A stretch of 51,432 nucleotides of DNA from Alphaproteobacteria bacterium (GTDB taxonomy: Bacteria; Pseudomonadota; Alphaproteobacteria; CAAHEQ01; UBA3637). How positions within the stretch are numbered: position 1 is the stretch's first letter; every line of letters starts with the position of its first letter. The translations under genes and the position numbers were made by a program. The notes under the pieces are model-generated. The model ran no database searches. It saw only the letters and a list, made by a program, of their open reading frames with translations, and was not told where the DNA came from. This document shows positions 39,757 to 49,663 of the stretch, one piece after another. The stretch is taken from positions 1-51,432 of the forward strand of contig JAFXIF010000033.1 in assembly GCA_017533325.1 (NCBI GenBank), in the 5' to 3' direction.

Positions 39757-41104
39757 AACATTATCCGGTTTTATGGAGTTATTGCCGGCCGAACAGCTGG
39801 TTTTTGACAAAATGAAAAATGTTATTGAAGACACCTATCGTTCATTTGGATTTGTCGGATTGGATACGCCTGTTTTGGAATTATCTGAAGTGTTGCTTGC
39901 AAAAGCAGGCGGGGATACGGAAAAACAAATTTATCGCTTTAAAAAAGGGGATAATGATTTATGTATGCGGTTTGATTTAACCGTTCCGTTGGCAAGATAT
40001 GTGGCTGAACATCAAAATGAGTTGACCTTTCCTTTTAAAAGATATCAAATTTCAAAGTCTTATCGTGGGGAAAGACCGCAAAAAGGGCGGTTTAGAGAAT
40101 TTTATCAAGCAGATGTTGATATTATCGGTAGCGAAAAATTAGCGGTTGTTTATGATGCTGAAGTGCCGGCAATTATGTATCATGTTTTCAAAAAATTGGG
40201 TTTAAACGGATTTTGCATCAAAATTAATAACAGAAAGTTGATGAATGGTTTTTATGAAAGCTTAAACTTAACCGAACAATCAGCTGAAATATCAAGAATT
40301 ATTGATAAAATGGATAAGATCGGGGTTGAAAATGTTAAAGCTTGTTTAAAGGATATGGATTTATCTGATGTGTTGATTGAAAAAATCATTGCTTTTACTG
40401 AAATTAACGGAAAATCAGAAGTTGTTCTTGAAAAAATAAGCGCCTTTAACATTCAAAATGAGTTGTTTGAAACAGGCTTAAATGAATTAAAATTTGTGTC
40501 ACAAGCTATGCAAAATTTGGGTGTGTCCGACAAAAATTTTGAAATTGATTTAAAAATCACAAGAGGTCTGGATTATTATACCGGAACGGTTTATGAAACA
40601 TTTGTTGATGGGCATCAAGGATGGGGTTCAATTTGTTCCGGCGGACGGTATGAAAATTTAGCCGGTTATTATACGGATAGAAAACTCCCCGGGGTCGGTA
40701 TGAGCATTGGGTTAACAAGATTTTTTGACTTGCTTCGTGATCAAAAAATGATTTTGCCTATGGCTCAAACACCGGCAGATGTGTTGGTTTTGCCAATGGA
40801 TGAAGAGGCACTTCTTTATGCTTTGAAAGTGGCTTCATTTTTAAGAGAGCATGGTTTTAATGTGCAGACAAATGCCTCTGACGGCAAATTTAAAAACAAG
40901 ATGACTTATGCCAATAAGCTTCAAGTTCCGTTTGTTCTGATTTTGGGCGAAAATGAAGTTCAAAGCCAAACGGTGACATTGAAAAATATGCAAACAGGGG
41001 AGCAATCTTGTTTAGCTTATGATGAATTGCCAAATGCGCTGAAATCATTTTTGGAAAAGAATTCTTATAAAACACTAAAAGTGATTCAAAATGAGTCTAA
41101 ATAG
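39734..41104 (+). CDS. hisS: Histidine--tRNA ligase
   Basis: RFDLTVP, YRGERPQKGRFREFYQ, RGLDYYTG, GGRY, anticodon-binding domain. Confidence 0.95.
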   Translation: MKQKVTPKTLSGFMELLPAEQLVFDKMKNVIEDTYRSFGFVGLDTPVLELSEVLLAKAGGDTEKQIYRFKKGDNDLCMRFDLTVPLARYVAEHQNELTFPFKRYQISKSYRGERPQKGRFREFYQADVDIIGSEKLAVVYDAEVPAIMYHVFKKLGLNGFCIKINNRKLMNGFYESLNLTEQSAEISRIIDKMDKIGVENVKACLKDMDLSDVLIEKIIAFTEINGKSEVVLEKISAFNIQNELFETGLNELKFVSQAMQNLGVSDKNFEIDLKITRGLDYYTGTVYETFVDGHQGWGSICSGGRYENLAGYYTDRKLPGVGMSIGLTRFFDLLRDQKMILPMAQTPADVLVLPMDEEALLYALKVASFLREHGFNVQTNASDGKFKNKMTYANKLQVPFVLILGENEVQSQTVTLKNMQTGEQSCLAYDELPNALKSFLEKNSYKTLKVIQNESK

Positions 41105-41182
41105 GATTTTTGCTTGCATAAATAGGTATTTTTAAGTAAAATAAAAGCTCAAATTAAGAAAATTGATTGAAGAGATAAACTC

Positions 41183-44100
41183 ATGGCGGCAACACCTCAA
41201 TTTATTCATTTACGCGTCCATACGGCTTATTCTATCTTAGAAGGGGCTATTAAAATGAAAGAATTAGCCAAATGGGCGGCTAATTCAGGGGTGCCTGCCG
41301 TTGCCATGACGGATACGAATAATATTTTTGGCGCAATGGATTTTGCTGATGTTTGCGTTAAAGCGGGAATTCAACCTATTTTAGGGTGTCAACTCTTAGT
41401 TAAAACGCCCAAAAAGGAAACAACTTCTTTTTCAGAGGACCAAGAGACGTTTGATAAAGTTGTTGTTTTGGTTCAAAATGAAAAAGGATATCTTTCTTTA
41501 CTTCAGTTTTTTAAGTGTTTTTATACGGATGACAGCAAACAAGGAACGCCTCATTTAACTTTTGAAGAGTTGCTTGAGCATTCTGAAGGCTTAATTTTGT
41601 TAACGGGTGGGGCGCAAGGAATTTTGGCGCGCGCCATTTATGAAAAAGACATTGAATTTGCCAAAGAATTGGCTTTAAAATTAAAAGAAGCTTATGGGGA
41701 CAGAGTTTATATTGAAATTCAACGCCATGGAACTGAAGTTGAAGAAAAAACGGAAGCCGGTTTTTTAAAAATAGCTTATGATTTAAATATTCCTTTGGTG
41801 GCAACAAATGAAGCTTTTTTTGTTTCTCCCGAAATGTATGAGGCGCATGATGCGTTGCTTTGTATTGCGGATAAAACATTTGTTGAAGTTGCGAACAGAC
41901 GGAAAGTCACGCCGGAGCATTACTTGAAAAGCGAAGAAGAAATGCTTGAATTATTTAAAGATTTGCCGGAGGCAACTTTAAATACGGTTGAAATTGCCAA
42001 ACGCTGTTATTTCTTGGCCGGAAAGAAAAAGCCGGCTTTCCCAAATTATGATTGTGGCGGAAAAAGTGAAGATGAAAAGTTAGCCGAAATGGCCGAGGCC
42101 GGCTTTGAAATCAGAATGCAAGGCAGATCGCAAGAGGAAAGAGAAAAATACCATGAACGCCTTTTATATGAATTAGGCATTATTAAAACAATGGGATTCC
42201 CCGGATATTTCTTAATTGTTGCCGATTTTATTCAATGGTCAAAAGCTAATGGGGTTCCGGTGGGCCCCGGTCGCGGATCGGGGGCAGGCTCTGTTGTGGC
42301 GTGGTGTTTAACGATTACGAATATTGACCCGCTTCGGTTTAACCTTCTTTTTGAGCGGTTTTTAAATCCGGAACGTGTTTCCATGCCTGACTTTGACGTT
42401 GATTTTTGTCAAGAAAACCGCGCTAAAACAATTGAATATGTGCAACAAAAATATGGCCTTGATCATGTGGCGCAAATTTTAGCTTTGGGTCAGTTACAGG
42501 CAAAAGCCGTTATCAGAGATGTGGGCCGTGTTTTGCAAGTTCCGTATCCGGTGGTGGACAGATTGTCAAAACTTGTTCCGCCGACATTGGGGATCACATT
42601 GCAAGAAGCTTTAGAGCAAGAACCCGAATTTCAAAAAGAAGCTCAAGCTGATGATACGATTGCAAAATTAATTGAAATTGCCCTGAAATTGGAAGGGATG
42701 TATCGCAATATTTCAATGCATGCGGCCGGCGTTGTGATCGGAAATAAACCGCTTGATCAAATTGTTCCGCTTTATAAAGACCCGTCTTCCGATATGCCGA
42801 TTACACAGTATGATAAGCATTTTGTGGAAGATGCCAGTTTAATTAAATTTGACTTTTTGGGGTTGAAAACGTTAACAACGATTGAAAAAACGTTGGAGCT
42901 TATTCGTCAGAAGGAAGAAATTACTTTTGATATTAATAATTTGCCTCTGGAAGATGAAAAAACATACGAGCTTTTAAAATCAGGCAACACAACAGGGGTG
43001 TTCCAGCTTGAAAGCACCGGTATGCGCAAAATTTTGTTTGATATGCAACCGGATAAAATTGAAGATATTGTTGCTTTGGTTTCTTTATATCGTCCGGGAC
43101 CGATGGATAGCATTCCAAGCTATATTGCCCGTAAAAAAGGCGAAGAAACGCCTGATTATATGCATCCGATGTTGGAGGGGATTTTAAAAGAAACATACGG
43201 CATTATGATTTATCAGGAACAAGTGATGCAAATTTCTCAAGTGATGGCAGGCTATACACTTGGGGGAGCTGATTTGTTGCGCCGTGCGATGGGTAAAAAA
43301 ATTAAATCCGAAATGGATAAACAACGCTCGATTTTTGTTGAGGGAGCGGTTAATAATAATGTTGAAAGAGCAACGGCTGAACTTGTTTTTGACAAAATGG
43401 CAAAATTTGCCGAGTATGGATTTAATAAGTCGCATGCGGCCGCATACGCTTATATCGCCTATCAAACGGCCTTTTTGAAAGCGCATTATCCGGTTGAATT
43501 TATGGCGGCAACCATGACGCTTGATAAAACAAATACGGATAAATTAGCGTTTTTCAAAAATGATTTAACCCAAATGAATATCACTGTTTTACCACCGGAT
43601 ATTAATAAATCAGATGTGAATTTCAGCGTGGAAAACGGGGCTGTTCGCTATGCTTTATCTGCCGTTCGAAATGTCGGGGAAGGCGGCATGCAGTTGGTTG
43701 TTGAAGAGCGCAAAAAGAACGGGCCTTATAAATCGATTCAGGATTTCTTTTTAAGGGTGGATGCTTCGGCTTTGAATAAGCGCTATATTGAAAATTTAAT
43801 TAAGTCAGGCGCTTTTGATTGTTTGGATAAAAACAGAGCGAAACTCTTTGAAAACATTGAAAACTTTTTGGCCTTTGCCTCTATGGCAACGCAAAGCAGA
43901 AAAAGCGCTCAAATTAATTTATTCGGCGCGACGGATACATCAGTCAACGGATTGAAAATGAAAGAATATCCGGATTGGCCTCATCTTGAAAAGCTTGAAA
44001 AAGAAGCAGAATCCATCGGTTTTTATTTATCTGCTCACCCGTTGGATACGTTTGACAGCGTTTTTGAAAGATTGCGGGTGATTCCGAGCACGGAAGTGAA

Positions 44101-44614
44101 ACAGCAAGTAACGGTTGCCGGCGCTGTTCGTATCCAATTAGCCGGAATTGTTTCTTCGGTTCGCGAGAGAATCAGTCAAAAAGGAAATAAATTTGCCTTT
44201 ATAACGGCAACGGATAAATATGGTTCCTATGATGCCATTTGTTTTTCGGACTTATTATTAAGTTCAAGGGATAAACTTAAATCAGGGCAACCGCTTTTAT
44301 TAACAATGAATGCGGATAAAAAACCGGATGATGAACAAGTCAGAATGAACTTGTTAGCGGTTGATTATTTATCTGAAGTGATGGCAAGAACGGCTTCTTG
44401 CTTGATTTTGGATTTAGACGGGGGAATGAAAACGCTTCAAGAACTTAAAAATATTCTTTCTCAAGATGACAAGGGAAAATGCAAAATTTTCTTGCGTATG
44501 AAAGTGAAAGATTATGAAGTTGAAGTGGAGCTTTTCGAAAAATATGCATTATCACAAAAAACGTTGGAGGCATTACAACACCTGGGTGGAATAGGTGAAA
44601 TCAAACAAGTATAA
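41183..44614 (+). CDS. dnaE: DNA polymerase III alpha subunit
   Basis: PHP domain (HLRVHTAYS), GPGRGSGAGS, PDFDVDF, KFDFLGLKTL, YGFNKSHAAAY, OB fold. Confidence 0.97.
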   Translation: MAATPQFIHLRVHTAYSILEGAIKMKELAKWAANSGVPAVAMTDTNNIFGAMDFADVCVKAGIQPILGCQLLVKTPKKETTSFSEDQETFDKVVVLVQNEKGYLSLLQFFKCFYTDDSKQGTPHLTFEELLEHSEGLILLTGGAQGILARAIYEKDIEFAKELALKLKEAYGDRVYIEIQRHGTEVEEKTEAGFLKIAYDLNIPLVATNEAFFVSPEMYEAHDALLCIADKTFVEVANRRKVTPEHYLKSEEEMLELFKDLPEATLNTVEIAKRCYFLAGKKKPAFPNYDCGGKSEDEKLAEMAEAGFEIRMQGRSQEEREKYHERLLYELGIIKTMGFPGYFLIVADFIQWSKANGVPVGPGRGSGAGSVVAWCLTITNIDPLRFNLLFERFLNPERVSMPDFDVDFCQENRAKTIEYVQQKYGLDHVAQILALGQLQAKAVIRDVGRVLQVPYPVVDRLSKLVPPTLGITLQEALEQEPEFQKEAQADDTIAKLIEIALKLEGMYRNISMHAAGVVIGNKPLDQIVPLYKDPSSDMPITQYDKHFVEDASLIKFDFLGLKTLTTIEKTLELIRQKEEITFDINNLPLEDEKTYELLKSGNTTGVFQLESTGMRKILFDMQPDKIEDIVALVSLYRPGPMDSIPSYIARKKGEETPDYMHPMLEGILKETYGIMIYQEQVMQISQVMAGYTLGGADLLRRAMGKKIKSEMDKQRSIFVEGAVNNNVERATAELVFDKMAKFAEYGFNKSHAAAYAYIAYQTAFLKAHYPVEFMAATMTLDKTNTDKLAFFKNDLTQMNITVLPPDINKSDVNFSVENGAVRYALSAVRNVGEGGMQLVVEERKKNGPYKSIQDFFLRVDASALNKRYIENLIKSGAFDCLDKNRAKLFENIENFLAFASMATQSRKSAQINLFGATDTSVNGLKMKEYPDWPHLEKLEKEAESIGFYLSAHPLDTFDSVFERLRVIPSTEVKQQVTVAGAVRIQLAGIVSSVRERISQKGNKFAFITATDKYGSYDAICFSDLLLSSRDKLKSGQPLLLTMNADKKPDDEQVRMNLLAVDYLSEVMARTASCLILDLDGGMKTLQELKNILSQDDKGKCKIFLRMKVKDYEVEVELFEKYALSQKTLEALQHLGGIGEIKQV

Positions 44615-44625
44615 AAGGATAGAAT

Positions 44626-45609
44626 ATGATGACCCCACAAGAAGAAAACAAAACGGTAACGCTTTATGCCATTGTTGAAGATACAAAAGAAACAGTCAAA
44701 AAAATTGAAAAAAGTGCTTTTAAAATATTGAATAACAGGCCGGTTAATGATCCGGTTGTGCGTTCATTGCCGTTATTCCCGTCTTTTAGAGGATCTTTGA
44801 TTGATGCTGCTGAAAAAGTCACTTACGAGCAAAGAAAGTGGTTAAGATTGGTTTTAAAAACAAAAATAAATGCCGTTAGTTATCCCGACTATCAGTTTGA
44901 AAAAACATCTGATGTGCCTTTTTATTTGTTGGATGCTTATGAAGAAGCTTTTGAAGCTTTAGCATTAAAGGACACAAACAATCCGCCAAAATATATTGAA
45001 AACGGCAAGGAATTAGGTTCTATTTTTAAAATTAATTATATTGACGGCGAAGATAAAAGATTTTCATTTTATTATAAAGATAAGGAATCAGGAAGAACAA
45101 GTTTATCTCCGGTCTTTAGCTTGAAAACAAATCCGGAATTATTTAATGCGCTTGTTCATTGGTTTTTAAATAGAGATGATTCTTTTAAAGCGCATTATAA
45201 TAAATTGATGAAAAGAGCGTTGTTAAGACAACCGTCCGAAATTATTGATTCAACAAATCCGAATGTTGTGACAGTGGTCAATCCGGCTTCAGTTTCTGTT
45301 GTCTGCACCAATTCAAGCGTTTGGCCGACTTTAACCCATGTAACAAGAATTAATAACAAAATGTTACCGGTCAGATCCGAATATAAATATTTCTTGAAAC
45401 AAGATGTCACAAATCCGAGAGCTTTTAATTTATTGGAAACACCGCAAGCGCGCTATCAAATCGGATGGAAATATGCCATCCAAGGCGGAACGGTTAAAGT
45501 GCCTGAACTTAAAAAAGGAAAAGAAAAAGTCAAAGTAAATGTCAATAAATCAAAAACTTCATTGTGGCGTTGGCTGTTTTCTGTTTCAAAAAAAGCGCAT
45601 CAAAAATAA
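44626..45609 (+). CDS. Hypothetical protein
   Basis: 327-aa ORF 11 bp after dnaE with AAGGA SD; no recognisable motif. Confidence 0.7.
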   Translation: MMTPQEENKTVTLYAIVEDTKETVKKIEKSAFKILNNRPVNDPVVRSLPLFPSFRGSLIDAAEKVTYEQRKWLRLVLKTKINAVSYPDYQFEKTSDVPFYLLDAYEEAFEALALKDTNNPPKYIENGKELGSIFKINYIDGEDKRFSFYYKDKESGRTSLSPVFSLKTNPELFNALVHWFLNRDDSFKAHYNKLMKRALLRQPSEIIDSTNPNVVTVVNPASVSVVCTNSSVWPTLTHVTRINNKMLPVRSEYKYFLKQDVTNPRAFNLLETPQARYQIGWKYAIQGGTVKVPELKKGKEKVKVNVNKSKTSLWRWLFSVSKKAHQK

Positions 45610-45681
45610 AAGACTTGACCTTTTATAAGGAAAAGGGCATCATAAAGAGATTAAGAAACGATAGATAAAAGGGGTTATTAT

Positions 45682-46503
45682 ATGTATTCGGGTGTTCCTT
45701 TTCCGGACATTGATCCGGTCATTTTTCAGATAGGTTTTTTCTCATTAAGATGGTATTCTTTGGCTTATATTGTCGGGATTATCGGCGCTTGGTTTTTGGC
45801 CAGACGAATGTCTGAGAAAAAAAAGAGTGTTTTTACCGTTTTAAAAATAGATGATTTTTTGGTTTGGGCCACTGTCGGAATTATTTTAGGCGGGCGCTTG
45901 GGGTATGTGTTTTTTTATAATGCCTCTTATTATCTTGAATTTCCTTTGAAAATATTTGCCCTGTGGCAAGGCGGTATGTCTTTTCATGGGGGATTATTAG
46001 GAGTTATTGTTGCGGCCTGTCTTTTTGCCAAAAAAAGGAAAATTCCGCTTTTGGAAATGTCTGATATTTTGGTTTGTGTAGCCCCGTTCGGGTTATTTTT
46101 GGGGCGATTGGCAAATTTTTCAAACGGTGAACTGTTTGGTCGTGTGACGCATTCTGTCCCTTGGGCTATTATTTTTCCAGATGGCGGACCTGAGCCACGG
46201 CATCCGAGCCAACTATATGAAGCCGCTTTAGAAGGGGTTGTCTTGTTTTTGATTTTAAACGGCATTTTTTGGTTTTCAAAAAGATTGCAAGAGCGCACAG
46301 GCTTTTTAACCGGTTTGTTTTTCTTTTTATACGGGGTATTTCGTTTCGTGCTTGAATATACCAGAGAGCCGGACGGGCATTTAGGCTTTATTTGGCAAAA
46401 TTTATCTATGGGACAAATTTTAAGTATTCCAATGGTGTTATTCGGGATTTATTTAATTAAAAAAAGTTCATTTAAAAATAAGTTAAAGAAAATTGATATA
46501 TAA
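45682..46503 (+). CDS. lgt: Prolipoprotein diacylglyceryl transferase
   Basis: RWYSLAY, GGRLGY, GGMSFHGG, GRLANF.NGEL.GR, HPSQLYEA. Confidence 0.95.
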   Translation: MYSGVPFPDIDPVIFQIGFFSLRWYSLAYIVGIIGAWFLARRMSEKKKSVFTVLKIDDFLVWATVGIILGGRLGYVFFYNASYYLEFPLKIFALWQGGMSFHGGLLGVIVAACLFAKKRKIPLLEMSDILVCVAPFGLFLGRLANFSNGELFGRVTHSVPWAIIFPDGGPEPRHPSQLYEAALEGVVLFLILNGIFWFSKRLQERTGFLTGLFFFLYGVFRFVLEYTREPDGHLGFIWQNLSMGQILSIPMVLFGIYLIKKSSFKNKLKKIDI

Positions 46504-46524
46504 GTAAAAGAAAAGGGGTTAAAG

Positions 46525-47151
46525 ATGAAAACCGTAGCGTGTTTAGAAAACGAATCTGTTTTTCATGGTTTTTATGATGCAAAGGAAAGTGAAAAACAAA
46601 AGACTCTTATTTTGATGAATCAGGTTCATTCCGCTGATGTGTTGGTTATTGATAAAGAGCCGTGTGAGGCGCCACAAGTTGATGCCTTGGTCACAAAAAC
46701 CCCTCATTTAGCCATTGCCGTTAAAACAGCAGATTGCGCTCCTGTTTTATTGTGCGATAAGGAGCATAAAGTTATTGCAGCGGTTCATGCCGGTTGGAAA
46801 GGCGCTTTTCAAGGGATTATTGAAAACACGATTTTGAAAATGATTGAGTTGGGCGCCGATGTCGGTTCCATTCAGGCGGGGATTGGCCCTCATATTCAAA
46901 AAGAAAGTTTTGAAGCTGATGAAAAAATGAAAGCTCTTTTTCCGGTAACTCAACATCATTTTTTTGAAGAAATCGGCAAAGACAAATATCATTTTGATTT
47001 TCATGGGTATGTTGTTTATCGCTTAAGAAAAGCAGGTGTTAAATATATAGATTCTGTTTTAATTGACACCTATCAAGATGAAAATTACTTAAGTTACAGA
47101 AGAGATCCTAAAAATCCGGACAGACAATATTCTGTTATCAAATTAAAATAG
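46525..47151 (+). CDS. pgeF: Peptidoglycan editing factor PgeF (YfiH/laccase-domain family)
   Basis: QVHS, TADCAPVL, AVHAGWKG, GIGPHI, SYRR. Confidence 0.9.
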   Translation: MKTVACLENESVFHGFYDAKESEKQKTLILMNQVHSADVLVIDKEPCEAPQVDALVTKTPHLAIAVKTADCAPVLLCDKEHKVIAAVHAGWKGAFQGIIENTILKMIELGADVGSIQAGIGPHIQKESFEADEKMKALFPVTQHHFFEEIGKDKYHFDFHGYVVYRLRKAGVKYIDSVLIDTYQDENYLSYRRDPKNPDRQYSVIKLK

Positions 47152-47155
47152 CGGA

Positions 47156-48454
47156 TTATTTTTTAAGGCTTAAGTCTAAAATATCTTTTGCTTTTTGATA
47201 TTGAGGTGTGTCTTTTTTCAAATTTTTTAGGGCTTTTTGAGCGGCATTTGCGGCATTTTTATAATCGCCTTGGGCGCGATATAATTCGGCCATGGCATAA
47301 TCTCTGAGCGCGATTTGGTTTGTTCTTTCATAACTGGTTGCAAGCAATTGCCAAACAAAGGGAATTGTTTGATCGGTTAATAAAATTTTTTCAAGTTCCA
47401 TTTGCGCTTGTCGGGCGCTTGCTTTATCTTCTTTTTGAAGAAGGGCTTGGGCAAGCGATAAACGAATGAGAGGCGCTTTTTGAATATGCTTTAAAGCTTC
47501 CTTATAATAAGGAATAGCCTCATCAATATGTCCGGTTTCAAACAAAAACTGCGCTTTTAATTCATAAAAGAAAGGAAAGTCCGGCTTTGTTTTGATAAGC
47601 CCTTCTAATAAATCCAAACTTTTTTTCAAATTTTGATTTCGATAATAAGCAATGGCATTTGCATAAAAAGCAGGTAAAGTATTTTGATTTTTATATAAAT
47701 CAAAAACTTGTTGGGGCGGATATAAAAACCCGATTAATTTTGCTTTAATCAGCTCAAATCGAATATCCTTTGTTAAGGGAAGGGGATTTTGCGTGAATCT
47801 TTCAAGGGCCGCCATTCTTTCTTGAGACATTGGGTGGGTCCTTAAATAACTGAACTCACTTTGGGGCGTTAACCTATCTGCAATTCGAATAAGCTTCATG
47901 GTGTTTAAAAAACCGGACATTGAATATTTTGTTTTATTCATAATATCAACGGCAATTCTGTCCGCAGCGCTTTCATCCGTTTGGCGAAATGAGGTGTATA
48001 GCGCTTCAGCAGAGGTGTTCCCGCCCATCATAACGGCAATACCCGCATCAGGGCGACCGGCAACGGCGACAAGACCGCCCAAAATAGTTGAAATAAGCGC
48101 GGTTGTTTGGGCTTTTTCATAAGCTTCAACCCCTCTTAAAACATGCCCTCCTTTAATATGGCCCGTTTCATGCGCTAAAACAAAAATCAAATCATCAACA
48201 TTTTTTGCTTTTGTAATCAAACCGGAATGAACAAAAATGGTATGTCCGCCGGCAACAAAGGCATTTAAGTCTTGATCATTAACAATAACAACATTTGCTT
48301 TTTGACTCGGTAAGCCAGCCGCTTTAAATATTTTTTGAACATAACTTTTTAAAACGCTTTCGATTTCCGTATCCCTGATAAGTGAAAGTGATTGGGAAAA
48401 CACATTGAAGGGTAAAAGAAAAAATAAGAAAAATATCAATGTTTTTATGTTCAT
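47156..48454 (-). CDS. M48 family metalloprotease with TPRs (BepA-like)
   Basis: IRDTEIE, LNAFVAGG, HETGH zincin motif, E..AD, YLRTHP, TPR C-terminus. Confidence 0.9.
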   Translation of the reverse strand: MNIKTLIFFLFFLLPFNVFSQSLSLIRDTEIESVLKSYVQKIFKAAGLPSQKANVVIVNDQDLNAFVAGGHTIFVHSGLITKAKNVDDLIFVLAHETGHIKGGHVLRGVEAYEKAQTTALISTILGGLVAVAGRPDAGIAVMMGGNTSAEALYTSFRQTDESAADRIAVDIMNKTKYSMSGFLNTMKLIRIADRLTPQSEFSYLRTHPMSQERMAALERFTQNPLPLTKDIRFELIKAKLIGFLYPPQQVFDLYKNQNTLPAFYANAIAYYRNQNLKKSLDLLEGLIKTKPDFPFFYELKAQFLFETGHIDEAIPYYKEALKHIQKAPLIRLSLAQALLQKEDKASARQAQMELEKILLTDQTIPFVWQLLATSYERTNQIALRDYAMAELYRAQGDYKNAANAAQKALKNLKKDTPQYQKAKDILDLSLKK

Positions 48455-48589
48455 TTTAAAGGCCTTTTGTTTTTTTATTATTTTAGGATAATTTCATAAA
48501 ATCGTCAACGGGATTTATTAAAATGAATAAAAGAGCTCTTGACAAAGAATTTAAAATTGTGTCAAATATATGCATTTAGAGGGAAAAAA

Positions 48590-49213
48590 ATGAAATCAGA
48601 AAATAAAGAAATTTTTGCCGGCGTTATCCTTGTTGCCTTATTAATCGTTTGCTTGTTGTTTTTGCATGCCAGATCTGTTTTGGATAAAAAAGGAACGGAC
48701 TTTGTTTTATATGCGCCGTTCAATCAATCTGACGGATTAATGAGTGGGGCTGATGTTCGTATGGGGGGCATTAAGGTCGGTCGTGTGGTGGATCAACTGC
48801 TCAATAAAAATTATCAAGTCTTGGTTAAAATGGAATTTTTTAAGCCGATATCCATCCCCGTTGATTCTTCTGTTATTATTGAAACAGATGGGTTATTGGG
48901 CGCAAAGCATATCGAAATTGTCCCCGGCGCTGATGAAGAATATTGCGTTTCCGGCGGCGAGCTTGAATACACGCAAGATGCTTTGATTTTAAGCGAGTTG
49001 ATGGATAAAGTAAACGCTTATATGCGCGAAAAGAAAAAGAAAGAGGAGAGTGATACCTCTGAAAATAGTGAATTAGAAGAGGTTGAAAATAAAGAGGATG
49101 TTGTCACATCTCAAAACAATGATATGGAAGAAATTAAAGGAAAAGAGGAGGCGGTTTCTCCTCAAAACAATGACATGGAAAAAAGCGAAGAAAAAGAGGA
49201 GCCAGTTGAATGA
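48590..49213 (+). CDS. mlaD: MlaD (MCE) family protein with acidic repeat tail
   Basis: N-terminal TM, GL..GADVRMGGIKVGRV, TDGLLGAKHIEIVPG. Start moved to 48590. Confidence 0.85.
   Translation: MKSENKEIFAGVILVALLIVCLLFLHARSVLDKKGTDFVLYAPFNQSDGLMSGADVRMGGIKVGRVVDQLLNKNYQVLVKMEFFKPISIPVDSSVIIETDGLLGAKHIEIVPGADEEYCVSGGELEYTQDALILSELMDKVNAYMREKKKKEESDTSENSELEEVENKEDVVTSQNNDMEEIKGKEEAVSPQNNDMEKSEEKEEPVE
49076..49209 (+). repeat. In-frame 51-bp tandem repeat (about 2.6 copies)
   Basis: CTCAAAACAATGA at 49110 and 49161; peptide units EEVENKEDVVTSQNNDM / EEIKGKEEAVSPQNNDM / EKSEEKEEPVE. Confidence 0.8.
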
Positions 49214-49653
49214 AAAAAAATCCGGTTGAAACGATTTTAGGTTTTTGTGTTTTAATTTTTACAGGGATTTTCCTCTTTTTTGCAGGGTCCAGAGTGGATA
49301 CAAAAGCTGTCGAGGGATATAAAGTTCATGCAAACTTTTTGAAAATCGGTGGATTGGAAGTTGGCGCTGATGTTCGTATTGCCGGTATAAAAGTTGGCTC
49401 TGTCTTATCCACAACATTAAATCCCGAAGATTACACGGCAGATGTTGTGTTAAGTATTGATAATTCGGTTTCTTTGCCGGATGACACGATTGCAGCCGTT
49501 TCCGATGTGGGCGTTATGGGCGGAAAATATGTTTCCTTAACGCCGGGCAAAAGCAAAGTTTTATTGAAAGATAAGGGGCAAATTTCTCAAACGAAAGATT
49601 ATAAGTCATTAGAAGACAGTGTTTCCGAATTCATTTTTCTTTCAACGAATTAA
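49210..49653 (+). CDS. mlaD: Outer membrane lipid asymmetry protein MlaD
   Basis: NPVETILG, GGLEVGADVRIAGIKVGSV, GGKYVSLTPG. Confidence 0.9.
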   Translation: MKKNPVETILGFCVLIFTGIFLFFAGSRVDTKAVEGYKVHANFLKIGGLEVGADVRIAGIKVGSVLSTTLNPEDYTADVVLSIDNSVSLPDDTIAAVSDVGVMGGKYVSLTPGKSKVLLKDKGQISQTKDYKSLEDSVSEFIFLSTN

Positions 49654-49663
49654 GGAGGGGTGA

